From a virus, in UHGV virus genome UHGV-0382861: a stretch of DNA of 42,430 bases. One strand, written 5' to 3'. Of this stretch, positions 28,887 through 38,979 are shown in pieces. Position numbers and translations under genes: made by a program. The first letter of the stretch is position 1; the number at the start of each line of letters is the position of its first letter. The notes beneath the pieces are model-generated. The model saw only the letters and a list, made by a program, of their open reading frames with translations, was not told the DNA's origin and searched no databases.

Positions 28887-30032
28887 ATGCCGCAGGGATT
28901 ACCTGTATCGAACGTCGTTAATGTCGACGTGATCATTGGGCCGCGTGCGGCTACTGGTCGAAACTTTGGTTCGCTGCTCATTCTCGGGAGCTCAACGGTT
29001 ATCCCGGTCGCTGAGCGCCTTCGCCTTTATTCTTCTGTAGAGGATATCGGCTCTGATTTCGGCGTGGATAGCCCGGAATATGAAGCCGCCACGGTGTATT
29101 TCTCACAGTCACCGAAGCCTCAGCAGGTGTATGTCGGCCGCTGGGCGAAAACGCTGGAATCGGCTGAAAGCGGATCGACGGAAACGCTGCTGCAGGCCGT
29201 GAACGCCGTTTTGAATTACACGAGCTGGTACGGTCTGGCCGTGGCAGACGATGAAGACATCGACGATGCCGACTGGCTGAGCGTGGCCGCCGCGATCGAG
29301 GCTTCCAGCCTCAGCCGTATTCTGGCGATTACCACTGCAGACCCGGCCTCAGTTGATGCGACATCGACTACCGATCTGGCTTACAAGCTGAAGGCTGCAA
29401 AATACGCTCGCACGTTTGTGCAGTATTCCACCAGCAGCAAGTACGCCGCGCTGTCGGCGTTTGGCCGCGCGTTTACCGTGAATTTCAACGGCAGCAACAC
29501 AACTATTACCCTGAAGTTCAAACAGGAGCCGGGGATCACGTATGAAACCCTGACCACTAATCAGGCGGCGGCGCTGGATGCCAAAAACTGTAACGTCTAC
29601 GTGTATTACGAGAACGATACGGCAATCCTTCAGCAGGGCGTCATGTCCAGCGGCGATTTCTTTGATGAGCGCCACGGGCTCGACTGGCTGCAGAACTACG
29701 TGCAGACCAACCTGTATAACCTGCTCTATACCAGCACAACCAAAGTCCCACAGACTGATGCGGGTGTGACGCGCCTCCTTTCCAATGTTGAGAAATCAAT
29801 GGATCAGTCGGTAACGAACGGGCTGGTGGCGGCTGGTGTCTGGAACGGTGGCCCTATCGGACAGCTGGATTCCGGCGATACGCTGACAAAAGGCTATTAC
29901 GTCTACGCGCAGCCGATTTCCGAGCAGGCGCAGGCTGACCGTGAAGCACGTAAGGCACCGGTTATTCAGGTGGCCTGTAAGCTGGCGGGGGCGGTTCATT
30001 TCGCTGATGTTCAGATCAACGTCGTTCGCTAA
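28887..30032 (+). CDS. Tail sheath protein (DUF3383-type)
   Basis: 381 aa, first gene of the tail block, followed by tube, chaperone and TMP in the canonical myovirus order. Confidence 0.6.
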   Translation: MPQGLPVSNVVNVDVIIGPRAATGRNFGSLLILGSSTVIPVAERLRLYSSVEDIGSDFGVDSPEYEAATVYFSQSPKPQQVYVGRWAKTLESAESGSTETLLQAVNAVLNYTSWYGLAVADDEDIDDADWLSVAAAIEASSLSRILAITTADPASVDATSTTDLAYKLKAAKYARTFVQYSTSSKYAALSAFGRAFTVNFNGSNTTITLKFKQEPGITYETLTTNQAAALDAKNCNVYVYYENDTAILQQGVMSSGDFFDERHGLDWLQNYVQTNLYNLLYTSTTKVPQTDAGVTRLLSNVEKSMDQSVTNGLVAAGVWNGGPIGQLDSGDTLTKGYYVYAQPISEQAQADREARKAPVIQVACKLAGAVHFADVQINVVR

Positions 30033-30043
30033 GGAGAACATGA

Positions 30044-30484
30044 ATGGCTACGTATTCTTTTATGGACGTCACGGCGTCCCTTTCCGGCCCGACCGGTGAG
30101 ATTGATCTGGGCTACGGTTCCGCCAGTTCAGAGGAGGGGATCACCGTTGCAATGGGCGGCCCCAAAAACACCATGACCATCGGTGCTGACGGCGAAGTGA
30201 TGCACAGCCTGCACGCGGACAAAAGCGGCACGGTAACCGTCAACCTGCTGAAAACCTCGCCGACAAACAAAAAGCTGTCGCTGGCTTACAACGCGCAGAG
30301 TCAGTCCTCAGGCACCTGGGGAAACAACGTCATTGTGATCCGAAACAAGGTGAGCGGAGACATCATCACGGCGCGCAGCGTGGCGTTCCAGAAACAGCCG
30401 GATAACGCCAACGCTAAGGCCGGTAATACGATGCCCTGGGTGTTTGACTGCGGCAAAATCGACCAGGTACTCGGAGAGTTTTAA
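30044..30484 (+). CDS. Tail tube protein (DUF3277-like)
   Basis: 146 aa between the sheath and chaperone genes; GGAG RBS. Confidence 0.55.
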   Translation: MATYSFMDVTASLSGPTGEIDLGYGSASSEEGITVAMGGPKNTMTIGADGEVMHSLHADKSGTVTVNLLKTSPTNKKLSLAYNAQSQSSGTWGNNVIVIRNKVSGDIITARSVAFQKQPDNANAKAGNTMPWVFDCGKIDQVLGEF

Positions 30485-30487
30485 CAG

Positions 30488-30940
30488 ATGGAATGCTCAA
30501 TCAAAGGCCACGATTATCGCGTGGCAAAACTCAGCGTTTTTGACCAGCTGAAAGTGACCCGTAAGCTGCTGCCGGTGCTGGCGGGCATGATGTCAGATTT
30601 CGGGAGCATTCGCTCCCTGCTGCCTGCTGATGGCAAAATCGACACCGTGAAATTCGATCAGCTGAAACCGGTATTTGAAACCCTGCTTCCGCGTATCGCT
30701 GAAGAACTGTCTTCCCTGACCGAAGAAGACACCAACGCGATTATTCATCCTTGCCTGGCCGTAGTATCACGTAAGCACATGGACGGATGGACGCCGGTAT
30801 TTAACAGCGGTCAGCTGATGTTCGATGATATCGACCTGCTAACCATGCTGCAGCTGGTGGCGCGGGTGGTCGCCGATTCGCTGGGAAATTTTTTGCCCGT
30901 GAGCCCTACCAGCGCGACGGCGGACCAGCCTCAGGGCTAA
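30488..30940 (+). CDS. Tail assembly chaperone (G/E-like)
   Basis: 150 aa immediately upstream of the TMP gene; contains the slippery site near its 3' end. Confidence 0.6.
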   Translation: MECSIKGHDYRVAKLSVFDQLKVTRKLLPVLAGMMSDFGSIRSLLPADGKIDTVKFDQLKPVFETLLPRIAEELSSLTEEDTNAIIHPCLAVVSRKHMDGWTPVFNSGQLMFDDIDLLTMLQLVARVVADSLGNFLPVSPTSATADQPQG

Positions 30941-31128
30941 CCCTCAACAGCCTGCCTGACGGGCTTTCTTATCTCCTTGACCCGGTTGACGCCGGGTTAA
31001 TCCCTTATTACGCGCTGAAGGATGGATCTGTCGATCTGTGCGATATCGCGCTGATGAATGACCACCTGGCCGTTAAGGCTGACAACCAGCGCCGTATAGA
31101 GAAATGGAGAGAGGATAATGAACGCTGA
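30488..31128 (+). CDS. Frameshifted tail chaperone fusion (GT / E+E'-like) via -1 PRF at A_AAT_TTT (30886..30892)
   Basis: Canonical X_XXY_YYZ heptamer in the zero frame. The -1 frame stays open for 78 codons with no start codon of its own (...FFAREPYQRDGG...IEKWREDNER*), ending at 31128, just overlapping the TMP start at 31118. Possible 6-bp stem AGCCCT/AGGGCT 9 nt downstream. Confidence 0.5.
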
Positions 31129-33127
31129 GACTATTAAAGATTTCCTCGTCTCGCTCGGTTTTGATATCGACGAAGCAGGCGCGGAAAAGTTCGATTCAGT
31201 CCTCGCCGGCACGACCGCAAACGCCATCAAAATGGGGCTGGCCGTCGAAGGTGCCGCGCTTACCGTAGTGGCCTTTACGGCTAAGATCGCCTCCGGGCTC
31301 GATAACCTCTACTGGGCGTCACAACGCACCGGCGCGACGGTTCAGGGGATTCAGTCTATTGGCTATGCGGTTTCGCAGGTGGGCGGTAGCGTGGACGCGG
31401 CGCGCTCCTCTCTGGAAAGCCTCTCCCGGTTTGTTCGTAACAATCCCGGCGCGGAAGGCTTCCTGAATCGCCTGGGCGTACAGACCCGTGACGCCAGCGG
31501 TAACATGCGCGACATGGCCGCTATCTTTACGGGTGTCGGTCAGAAGCTCAGCAGCATGCCGTATTACCGGGCTAACCAGTATGCGCAGATGCTGGGCATT
31601 GACGAAAATACCCTCATGGCGATGCGCCGGGGTGTAGGTGGTTTCTCCGGGCAGTACAGCGCGATGGCGAAGGCTATCGGCTTCAATGCTGACGAGGCGG
31701 CCAGAAGCTCCAACAAATTCATGACCTCCCTGCGCGAGTTCGGCGCGATGGCAGGCATGGCCCGTGACAAAATCGGCTCTAATCTTGCTGGTGGCCTGGC
31801 GGGTTCGCTGGACACGCTGCGCCGTCATATCCTGGATAACTTCCCGCGTATCGAGCAGACCCTGACGAAAGCCATTAAAGGCATTCTGGCGCTCGGGGAC
31901 ATCATCGGGCGGCTGTTCTTCAGGCTTATTGAGGGAACATCCAGCCTTATCACCTGGTGGCAATCGCTGGATAAGCAAACCCGGGAACTGATCTCGCTGT
32001 TTGGCGCGCTGACGATTGCGCTGCGCATTCTGAACAGTACGTTCTGGATGTCGCCGATTGGCATAATTACCGCACTGGCGGCGGGGATTGCCCTTCTGTG
32101 GGAGGACTATCAGACCTGGAAGGAAGGCGGGGACAGCCTGATTGACTGGGGCAAGTGGAAACCGGAAGTCGACGCTGCGCTGAAGATGGTTCGTGACCTT
32201 AAAACTACCGTTAACGACCTGGCTAAAGCGCTGGCGAAGCTGCTTAATATTGACCCCAAATCATGGTCCCTGAAGTGGGATTTCAGCAACTTCATCGACC
32301 AGATGGGCGAGTTCAGCAAAATGCTGAACATGATCGCCGACCTGCTTAACGCCATTAAAGATGGCCGCTGGGCTGATGTCGCCAGCATCGGCAAACAGAT
32401 GCTCAATCAGGGCAGCGAAAATCCTTCAGCGATGCCGATGGTTACTGACAGCGCCAACGGTACCGCCGACTGGATTAAAGAACACTGGGGATTCGATCCT
32501 CGCAGCGTGGGCCGAACGGTGCGCGGCTGGTTTGGTGATGATGAACCTGAACAGCTCGGCCAGTCAGTCAAGCGGCCACAGCCAACCAAAGCGGGCTCTG
32601 AACTGCTGGGTTGGATGCAGCCGATGCTAACCAACCTGGAGCAGCTCTATCGGCTTCCGGAAGGTTTGCTGCGCAGTGTGGCCATCACGGAATCGGGCGG
32701 TAATCAGTTCGCCGTTTCAGGCGCTGGCGCTAAAGGTCTGTTTCAGTTTATGGATGGTACGGCGCGCGACATGGGGCTGCGCGGGAACGATGTTTTCGAC
32801 CCGGAGAAGGCCGCCCAGGCAGCCGCAAAGTATCTTTCACAGCTGCTGCAGGCGAACGGCGGTGACCTGAGCAAGGCGCTGGCCTCATACAACTGGGGGA
32901 TCGGGAACGTGCAGAAGCATGGGATGGCCCTTATGCCTCAGGAAACCCGCAACTACATTCCTAAGGTGTTGAGTAACATGCCCGGGAAGGGAACGCAGGT
33001 ACAGCAGCAGAACACCTACCACATTTACGGTGGTGGTGACCCGCGTTCTGTCGGTACCGAGGTCGAGCGTCGGCAGCAGTCGGCAAACGCCCAGGTCATG
33101 CGCGGTAATCAAACGAAGGTGGGCTAA
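31118..33127 (+). CDS. Tail tape-measure protein with C-terminal lytic transglycosylase (SLT) domain
   Basis: 669 aa, helical and repeat-rich. 'ITESGGNQFAVSGAGAKGLFQFMDGTARDMGL' matches the SLT catalytic-Glu region. Confidence 0.8.
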   Translation: MNAETIKDFLVSLGFDIDEAGAEKFDSVLAGTTANAIKMGLAVEGAALTVVAFTAKIASGLDNLYWASQRTGATVQGIQSIGYAVSQVGGSVDAARSSLESLSRFVRNNPGAEGFLNRLGVQTRDASGNMRDMAAIFTGVGQKLSSMPYYRANQYAQMLGIDENTLMAMRRGVGGFSGQYSAMAKAIGFNADEAARSSNKFMTSLREFGAMAGMARDKIGSNLAGGLAGSLDTLRRHILDNFPRIEQTLTKAIKGILALGDIIGRLFFRLIEGTSSLITWWQSLDKQTRELISLFGALTIALRILNSTFWMSPIGIITALAAGIALLWEDYQTWKEGGDSLIDWGKWKPEVDAALKMVRDLKTTVNDLAKALAKLLNIDPKSWSLKWDFSNFIDQMGEFSKMLNMIADLLNAIKDGRWADVASIGKQMLNQGSENPSAMPMVTDSANGTADWIKEHWGFDPRSVGRTVRGWFGDDEPEQLGQSVKRPQPTKAGSELLGWMQPMLTNLEQLYRLPEGLLRSVAITESGGNQFAVSGAGAKGLFQFMDGTARDMGLRGNDVFDPEKAAQAAAKYLSQLLQANGGDLSKALASYNWGIGNVQKHGMALMPQETRNYIPKVLSNMPGKGTQVQQQNTYHIYGGGDPRSVGTEVERRQQSANAQVMRGNQTKVG

Positions 33128-33714
33128 TGGATATTCTCTCTACGCTCTTTCAGCAGCAGAGCCGGAAAATAGGGATGATTGTCCCAAGCGTGGTTGTTTC
33201 TGAGAAGCATAGCGATACGCTGGAGATAACCGAGCACCCTGTCGAGGTCGGGGCCGCCATAGCTGACCATGCCTACAAAAAACCGTCTGAAGTGGTGATG
33301 GAGGTCGGTTTCGCTGGTGGCGGATCGCTGCTGGATTTTGCCAGTAATCTGACGGCCACCAGCCTGCTCGGTCTGAGCCCCCAGCAGACGTATCAGGAGA
33401 TACTCGACCTGCAGGCGAGCCGTATCCCTTTCGATGTGGTAACCGGCAAACGGCTGTACAGCAACATGCTAATCCGCGCGCTGGAAGTGACGACAGACAA
33501 GACAACCGAAAACGTCCTGTCTGCCGTCCTCACCCTGAGGGAGGTTCTTATCTCGCAGACGCAGCAGATCACCGTCGCGGATAAAACCAACATGAAGGAC
33601 GGGGCCAGCACATCGGCGGTACTGAATACCGGCAACAAAACCACAAAGCCGCCAAATACCTCGCTGCTGAAAAGTATCACGGGTAACGCGGCGTCATTAC
33701 TGGGGCTCGGCTAA
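33127..33714 (+). CDS. Tail protein (P2 gpU-like position)
   Basis: 195 aa directly after the TMP gene (ATGG overlap). Confidence 0.4.
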   Translation: MDILSTLFQQQSRKIGMIVPSVVVSEKHSDTLEITEHPVEVGAAIADHAYKKPSEVVMEVGFAGGGSLLDFASNLTATSLLGLSPQQTYQEILDLQASRIPFDVVTGKRLYSNMLIRALEVTTDKTTENVLSAVLTLREVLISQTQQITVADKTNMKDGASTSAVLNTGNKTTKPPNTSLLKSITGNAASLLGLG

Positions 33715-34016
33715 TGGCAATTCAGGAAATCCCGCTGACAGCGGATAACCAGCAATTCAGCATCATCCTGGCAGGTACCACCTGGCGGATTAGCATCACC
33801 TGGCGCGATCTGTACTGGATTTTGGACCTGCAGAACGACAGAGGGGAGCCGGTAATCTCCGGTATTCCTCTCGTAACGGGGGCTGACCTGCTGGCGCAGT
33901 ACGGCTATATGGGGCTCGGCTTTAAGCTGGTGGTGGTCTGTGACGACAGCACACAGGATTATCCGACGAAAACCGACCTGGGCGGCCGCAGTCATTTACT
34001 GGTATCAACGGAGTAA
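33714..34016 (+). CDS. Small tail protein (P2 gpX-like position)
   Basis: 100 aa; ATGG overlap with the upstream gene. Confidence 0.4.
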   Translation: MAIQEIPLTADNQQFSIILAGTTWRISITWRDLYWILDLQNDRGEPVISGIPLVTGADLLAQYGYMGLGFKLVVVCDDSTQDYPTKTDLGGRSHLLVSTE

Positions 34017-34018
34017 GC

Positions 34019-35083
34019 ATGTCACAGAACTGGATGAGACATTTCGAGCTGCAGCTCGTGGACGAGAACGGGCAGGGTATCGAGCTCAGCGATTTTAAAG
34101 TGACCTTTACGATCGACTGGTTCAACATCAGCAGCGCGTCACGGGTGGGAACATTCAAAATCTACAACCTCTCGGCAGATACGGTGAACCGCATCACCGG
34201 GCAGGAGTTTTCGAAAGTGCGGCTGATTGCCGGTTATGACGGTATCGCGCCGGAGGTATCGGCCAGCGACGTCGGGACCGTGCGCGAAGTCGACGCGGCG
34301 GACGTGGGACAGAGCGACGGACGCAATTACGGGCTGATTTTCAGCGGTGAAATTCGCTACTCGGTTACAGGAAAGGACAGCCCCATCGATACCTATGTCC
34401 TGATTCAGGCCGCTGATACGGATCTGGCTTTTGCCACCAGTATAACCTCGCAGACGCTGGCGGCCGGTTACACGGTCGCTGATGTCAACCGCGCGCTGAT
34501 GAAAGACTTCGAGGCCAAAGGCGCGACCGAAGGCCTGACGCCTGAAATGCCTGCTACAGTATTCCCACGCGGCCGGGTGCTGTTTGGCATGACACGACAT
34601 CTTATGGATAACGTCGCCGGGCAATGCGGCGCAACATGGCAGTTTGTGGACGGCCAGCGCCAGATGGTGGCGAATAACGAGTATGTTCACGACGCGATTG
34701 TGCTCAACAGCGCCACCGGGCTTATCGGTATGCCGCAGCAGACCATCGGCAATGGCGTAAACGTCCGCGCGCTGATTAACCCGAATATCCGGGTTAACGG
34801 GCTCATTCAGCTGGATCAGGCTTCCGTGTATCGCACCGCGCTGTCGAACAACGATATCGCGATGGCCGGCGGGCAGATCACCGACCAGAACATAGACGGC
34901 AATATCACGCTTAGCGGCACCATGGCGCAGCCTGCCAGCATCGCAACGGATGGCGTTTATATTGTGCGCGGTATTATGTACACTGGCGACACAAGGGGCC
35001 CGGCGTGGTACATGGATATGATGTGCGAAGCGCGTGGCGCGGCGGATCTCCGTAGTCAGGGCGCAATGAATAGGTGGGGATAA
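34019..35083 (+). CDS. Baseplate hub / late-control-D-like tail protein
   Basis: 354 aa, in the P2 gpD / Mu gp44 position. Confidence 0.4.
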   Translation: MSQNWMRHFELQLVDENGQGIELSDFKVTFTIDWFNISSASRVGTFKIYNLSADTVNRITGQEFSKVRLIAGYDGIAPEVSASDVGTVREVDAADVGQSDGRNYGLIFSGEIRYSVTGKDSPIDTYVLIQAADTDLAFATSITSQTLAAGYTVADVNRALMKDFEAKGATEGLTPEMPATVFPRGRVLFGMTRHLMDNVAGQCGATWQFVDGQRQMVANNEYVHDAIVLNSATGLIGMPQQTIGNGVNVRALINPNIRVNGLIQLDQASVYRTALSNNDIAMAGGQITDQNIDGNITLSGTMAQPASIATDGVYIVRGIMYTGDTRGPAWYMDMMCEARGAADLRSQGAMNRWG

Positions 35084-35086
35084 CGA

Positions 35087-35551
35087 GTGAATAGGCGTAA
35101 CATTCTTTTGTTTCTGAGTTTATTTATTCCTCTGTCAGGAATCGCTGCACCGGGTAAGTATGAGAAAATGGCTGTTGATTTAATGGATCAGCAGAAATTT
35201 ACTCAGTGGCAACATTATTCCTCGGCTGTTCCATTCTTCGCTATGAATGGACGCAGATTCGCTATGACCATTGATGACTTTGCCGACATCGTTAGCAACA
35301 CCTTTCAAGAGTGTGAGGATTTGGATGCCTACACAAATCAAAAGGGTGCGACTGATAGTTGTAAGTCCTATGTTTATAAGGGAATTAAAGAATGGGTTAC
35401 CCTTTCCAAAGATAGCTCTGTTAGCGATACCGCTTGGAAGATGGGGCAGAGATATGCTTACAACAGCCGAAATCCGATAGCACACAAGAATGTCTGGGAT
35501 TTTAATGGAATGGCTGGAGGGATCCGCGTTGCAAAATCTCAAGGGTACTAA
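35087..35551 (+). CDS. Secreted hypothetical protein (low-GC cargo gene, GTG start)
   Basis: Signal peptide MNRRNILLFLSLFIPLSGIAAP. GC about 42% against about 57% in the flanking tail genes. Confidence 0.5.
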   Translation: MNRRNILLFLSLFIPLSGIAAPGKYEKMAVDLMDQQKFTQWQHYSSAVPFFAMNGRRFAMTIDDFADIVSNTFQECEDLDAYTNQKGATDSCKSYVYKGIKEWVTLSKDSSVSDTAWKMGQRYAYNSRNPIAHKNVWDFNGMAGGIRVAKSQGY

Positions 35552-35664
35552 CAGCATGGACGCGCCGAAAATCATCGGCTCTTTCCCATGTAAGAAAACG
35601 TCCGGCTAATCTTCGTGCTCAATATGATTATTAACCTCCGAAGGTATTAATTTCAGAAGGACTT

Positions 35665-36024
35665 ATGAAAAAAATAGCTCTAGCATTTTCTCTGGTGTTT
35701 GTATCAGCATTCGCTCAAGCTAAGACTGTATCTGACTTCATAAATGAGCATCCTGAACTCGCAAAAAGCCCAACGATAAAAGCAGCCATTCAGCAGGGGG
35801 CGATGGGGAACGCGGGGATTGATGCTCTAAGTAATGGGTCATCCAATCAAACCCTCGGCAGTGATACTCAGAAGCTGTTAGCTGAAAATGGATATGAATA
35901 TGCTCAGGCAGGTTTGAGAGACCTTGCCACTTCCATCTGTGGAGAAAATGGCTTGGCTGATGTTTATGGTCTGAGAAAAAAGGATTGCGATACAATTATA
36001 AAAGTTGACTCAGAAATAGAGTAA
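35665..36024 (+). CDS. Secreted hypothetical protein (low-GC cargo gene)
   Basis: Signal peptide MKKIALAFSLVFVSAFAQA|KT. GAAGGA RBS. GC about 43%. Confidence 0.5.
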   Translation: MKKIALAFSLVFVSAFAQAKTVSDFINEHPELAKSPTIKAAIQQGAMGNAGIDALSNGSSNQTLGSDTQKLLAENGYEYAQAGLRDLATSICGENGLADVYGLRKKDCDTIIKVDSEIE

Positions 36025-36045
36025 TTAACAAATAATTCATGAGAA

Positions 36046-36070
36046 CCCGCCACCCGGCGGGTTTTTTTTT
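36046..36070 (+). terminator. Strong intrinsic terminator ending the cargo cassette
   Basis: CCCGCC-ACCC-GGCGGG followed by T9. Confidence 0.75.
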
Positions 36071-36089
36071 GCTTTCTGGAGCCTACCAA

Positions 36090-36743
36090 ATGGCAGTATC
36101 TGACCAGACCCGCAGCGGCAACCTTGCCGAAACATTCAAATCTGAGCGGGACACGACAAAAAACCAGATCCGCGTCGCTTTGCCTGGCATCGTTCAGTCA
36201 TTCGATCCCGGCGCGGTGACGGCGGTTGTACAGCCCGCGGTCCGTTCGGTTGAAACCGATAACGACGGCAACCGCGTTACCAAAAATTACCCGCTGCTGG
36301 TGGATGTGCCGGTGATATTTCCGCGCGGCGGCGGCTGCACGTTAACTTTCCCGGTGAAAGCCGGCGATGAATGCCTGGTGATTTTCGCCGACCGCTGTAT
36401 CGATTTCTGGTGGCAAAACGGCGGGGTACAGGAACCTGTCGATGACCGGGTGCATGATTTATCGGATGCGTTCTGTATCGTCGGGCCGCAGTCGCAGGCG
36501 CAGAAAATCAGCGGCATCAGCACCAGCGCGGTTGAACTGCGCAGCGACGATGGCGGAACCAAACTGAGCCTTAATCCTTTAAGTGGAGCGATAGCCGGTA
36601 CCGCGCCGGGAGGTTTCAACCTCAACGGCCTGAAAATTCTGCCTGACGGCCGCCTGCAGCTGGTGGATGGATCAATCGTTGATAAGCATACGCATGGCGG
36701 CGTTGAAAGCGGCGGCAGCAATACAAAACCTCTGGGAGGGTAA
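36090..36743 (+). CDS. Baseplate spike protein gpV-like
   Basis: Start at ATG 36090 (GGAG RBS; the track's 36039 start runs through the terminator). 218 aa with a Gly-rich C-terminus. Confidence 0.65.
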   Translation: MAVSDQTRSGNLAETFKSERDTTKNQIRVALPGIVQSFDPGAVTAVVQPAVRSVETDNDGNRVTKNYPLLVDVPVIFPRGGGCTLTFPVKAGDECLVIFADRCIDFWWQNGGVQEPVDDRVHDLSDAFCIVGPQSQAQKISGISTSAVELRSDDGGTKLSLNPLSGAIAGTAPGGFNLNGLKILPDGRLQLVDGSIVDKHTHGGVESGGSNTKPLGG

Positions 36744-36745
36744 TT

Positions 36746-37102
36746 ATGCGATACCGACGTGAGGACGACGACGACGGCGATTACACTTTTGGCAGCGGCG
36801 ATGATACCTGGCTGATTAACTCACCGGAGGCTGTCGCGCAGGCTGTGAAAACGCGATTCGAATTGTGGTATGGGCAGTGGTTTCTCGACACCACAGAGGG
36901 GACACCGTGGATTCAGTCCGTACTCGGTAAGCAGAAGCCGGAAACCTACAACCTGGCGATCCGTAAGCGCATCCTCGAAACGCGGGGCGTTAAATCCATT
37001 CTCTCTTTCAATACGACAGTGAACACGACGACGCGCCGCGTCCAGTTCTTCGCTGAAATCGACACTATCTACGGAACAACGACAGTAACCAGCGAGGCAT
37101 AA
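36746..37102 (+). CDS. Baseplate wedge protein gpW / gp25-like
   Basis: 118 aa (P2 gpW is about 115 aa). GGGAGGG RBS. Confidence 0.5.
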   Translation: MRYRREDDDDGDYTFGSGDDTWLINSPEAVAQAVKTRFELWYGQWFLDTTEGTPWIQSVLGKQKPETYNLAIRKRILETRGVKSILSFNTTVNTTTRRVQFFAEIDTIYGTTTVTSEA

Positions 37103-38302
37103 ATGGCCCTCAATTTGGACACACTCGGCTTATCGGCAACGGTAACCGCTGAGGGGATCAGTGCGCCCGATTACCAGACGATACTCGATACCCTGACGAG
37201 CTATTTCCAGCAGATCTATGGCAGTGACGCTTATCTGGAGCCGGACAGCAAAGACGGCCAGATGGTGGCGCTGGTGGCGCTGGCAATTCACGATGCCAAT
37301 AACACGGCCATTACTGTTTACAACTGCTTCTCACCTGCTACGGGTTACGGTGCAGCGCTGACCAGCAACGTGAAAATTAACGGTATCGCGCGCAAAGGGG
37401 CGACGAACTCCACCGTGGATCTGCTACTCACCGGCACCGCAGGGACAATCATCACGAACGGTACCGTGAAAGACACCAATAACGTGATCTGGCGTCTTCC
37501 TGCCTCGGTAGTGATTGGCGTAGACGGTACGGTGACGGCCACTGCCAGCTGCTCAAAAAGCGGCGCGGTCGCAGCGCTGGCGGGGACAATTACTACCATC
37601 AACACGCCGACCCGAGGCTGGACATCGGTAACAAACCCGGCAGCGGCCACCGTAGGCGCACCGGCAGAAACCGACGCAGAGCTGCGCATCAGGCAGGGGC
37701 AGAGCGTCGCGCTACCCTCTATCACGCCGTTTGAGGGCGTCGACGGTGCGATTGCTAACGTTGCTGGCGTGACACGTCACAAGCTCTACGAGAATGATAC
37801 TGGCGCTACCGACAGTAACGGGCTGCCGCCACATTCTATCTCGGCCATCGTGGACGGCGGGGACGTGACCGACATTGCCCAGACTATCCGGGGTAATAAA
37901 GGGCAGGGAACGGCGACCTACGGGACGACCTCTGTCACGGTACCGGACACATACGGCAATCCACACGTGATCAGTTTTTCGCGCTCGACTGATGTCCCGA
38001 TTTTCGGGCATATCACCCTGAAAGCCTTTACGGGCTACACGTCGCAAATTGGCGTACAGATTCAGCAGGCCGTCGCGGATTACATCAACGGGCTGACGAT
38101 CGGTGATTCTGTTCTGCTGAGCCGCATTTACTCCCCGGCCAACCTCGGCGTGGTGAGTGGTGGCAGTGCACGCTATTACGACATTCAGGAGCTGCTGATT
38201 GGCAAATCTGCCGGAACGGTAGCGGCGGCGAATATCAATATCGCCTACAACGAATCAGCATCCTGTAAGCCGGAAAATATTGTCTTAACGGTGACGTCAT
38301 GA
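37103..38302 (+). CDS. Baseplate J-like protein
   Basis: 399 aa. The N-terminus 'LDTLGLSATVTAEGISAPDYQTILDTLTSYFQQIYGSDAYLEPDSKDGQMVA' has a Baseplate_J character. Confidence 0.7.
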   Translation: MALNLDTLGLSATVTAEGISAPDYQTILDTLTSYFQQIYGSDAYLEPDSKDGQMVALVALAIHDANNTAITVYNCFSPATGYGAALTSNVKINGIARKGATNSTVDLLLTGTAGTIITNGTVKDTNNVIWRLPASVVIGVDGTVTATASCSKSGAVAALAGTITTINTPTRGWTSVTNPAAATVGAPAETDAELRIRQGQSVALPSITPFEGVDGAIANVAGVTRHKLYENDTGATDSNGLPPHSISAIVDGGDVTDIAQTIRGNKGQGTATYGTTSVTVPDTYGNPHVISFSRSTDVPIFGHITLKAFTGYTSQIGVQIQQAVADYINGLTIGDSVLLSRIYSPANLGVVSGGSARYYDIQELLIGKSAGTVAAANINIAYNESASCKPENIVLTVTS

Positions 38303-38979
38303 GCAAGTACACAGACTTAATCACCAACTATCACGCCACCAGACCGAAATACTTTGATCACATCGACCTGAGCACCCGGCCGCTGATTGACATCACATCA
38401 GCCATCCGGGGGCTGGTTAGCGCGTTTGACATCGATACAGCTGTAGGCGTCCAGCTTGATACCCTCGGGCTCTGGATCGGACGCAGCCGTATAGTCAGCC
38501 AGCCGATAACGGGTGTTTATTTCAGCTGGGACACCGACGGGCTCGGATATGACCAGGGCGTATGGCAGGGGCCGTATGACCCCGATTCCGGGTATACGAC
38601 GCTGAGTGACGACACCTATCGCATCATTCTGAAAGCAAAAATCGCTATCAACAACTGGGACGGCCGCAACGATTCTCTGCCGCCCATTCTTGACGCTGCG
38701 ACAGAGGGATCCGGAATTAGGATGCAAATTGTCGACAATCAGGATATGACGATATCTGTATGGGTATTTCCTGAAACGGATATTAATGATGTTTCACTGG
38801 AACTTATTGCAGCAATTAGACAGGGGTACTTGACGATTAAGGCTGCCGGTGTGTGGGCAGGAAGTATAGAAACACCAGCAGTTGAAACACCTTCTGAAGG
38901 AAATAAATTCTTTGGATTCGACATGGAAAACGACTATTTCGCCGGGTTTGATTCCGGGGCGTGGGGAGAAATACTGTAA
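38299..38979 (+). CDS. Baseplate/tail protein gpI-like
   Basis: 226 aa in the P2 gpI / Mu gp48 position; ATGA overlap with the upstream gene. Confidence 0.5.
   Translation: MSKYTDLITNYHATRPKYFDHIDLSTRPLIDITSAIRGLVSAFDIDTAVGVQLDTLGLWIGRSRIVSQPITGVYFSWDTDGLGYDQGVWQGPYDPDSGYTTLSDDTYRIILKAKIAINNWDGRNDSLPPILDAATEGSGIRMQIVDNQDMTISVWVFPETDINDVSLELIAAIRQGYLTIKAAGVWAGSIETPAVETPSEGNKFFGFDMENDYFAGFDSGAWGEIL

Noticed and set aside
31319-31978. 219-aa minus-strand ORF inside the tape-measure gene
   Set aside because: Antisense shadow of the TMP gene; no RBS.
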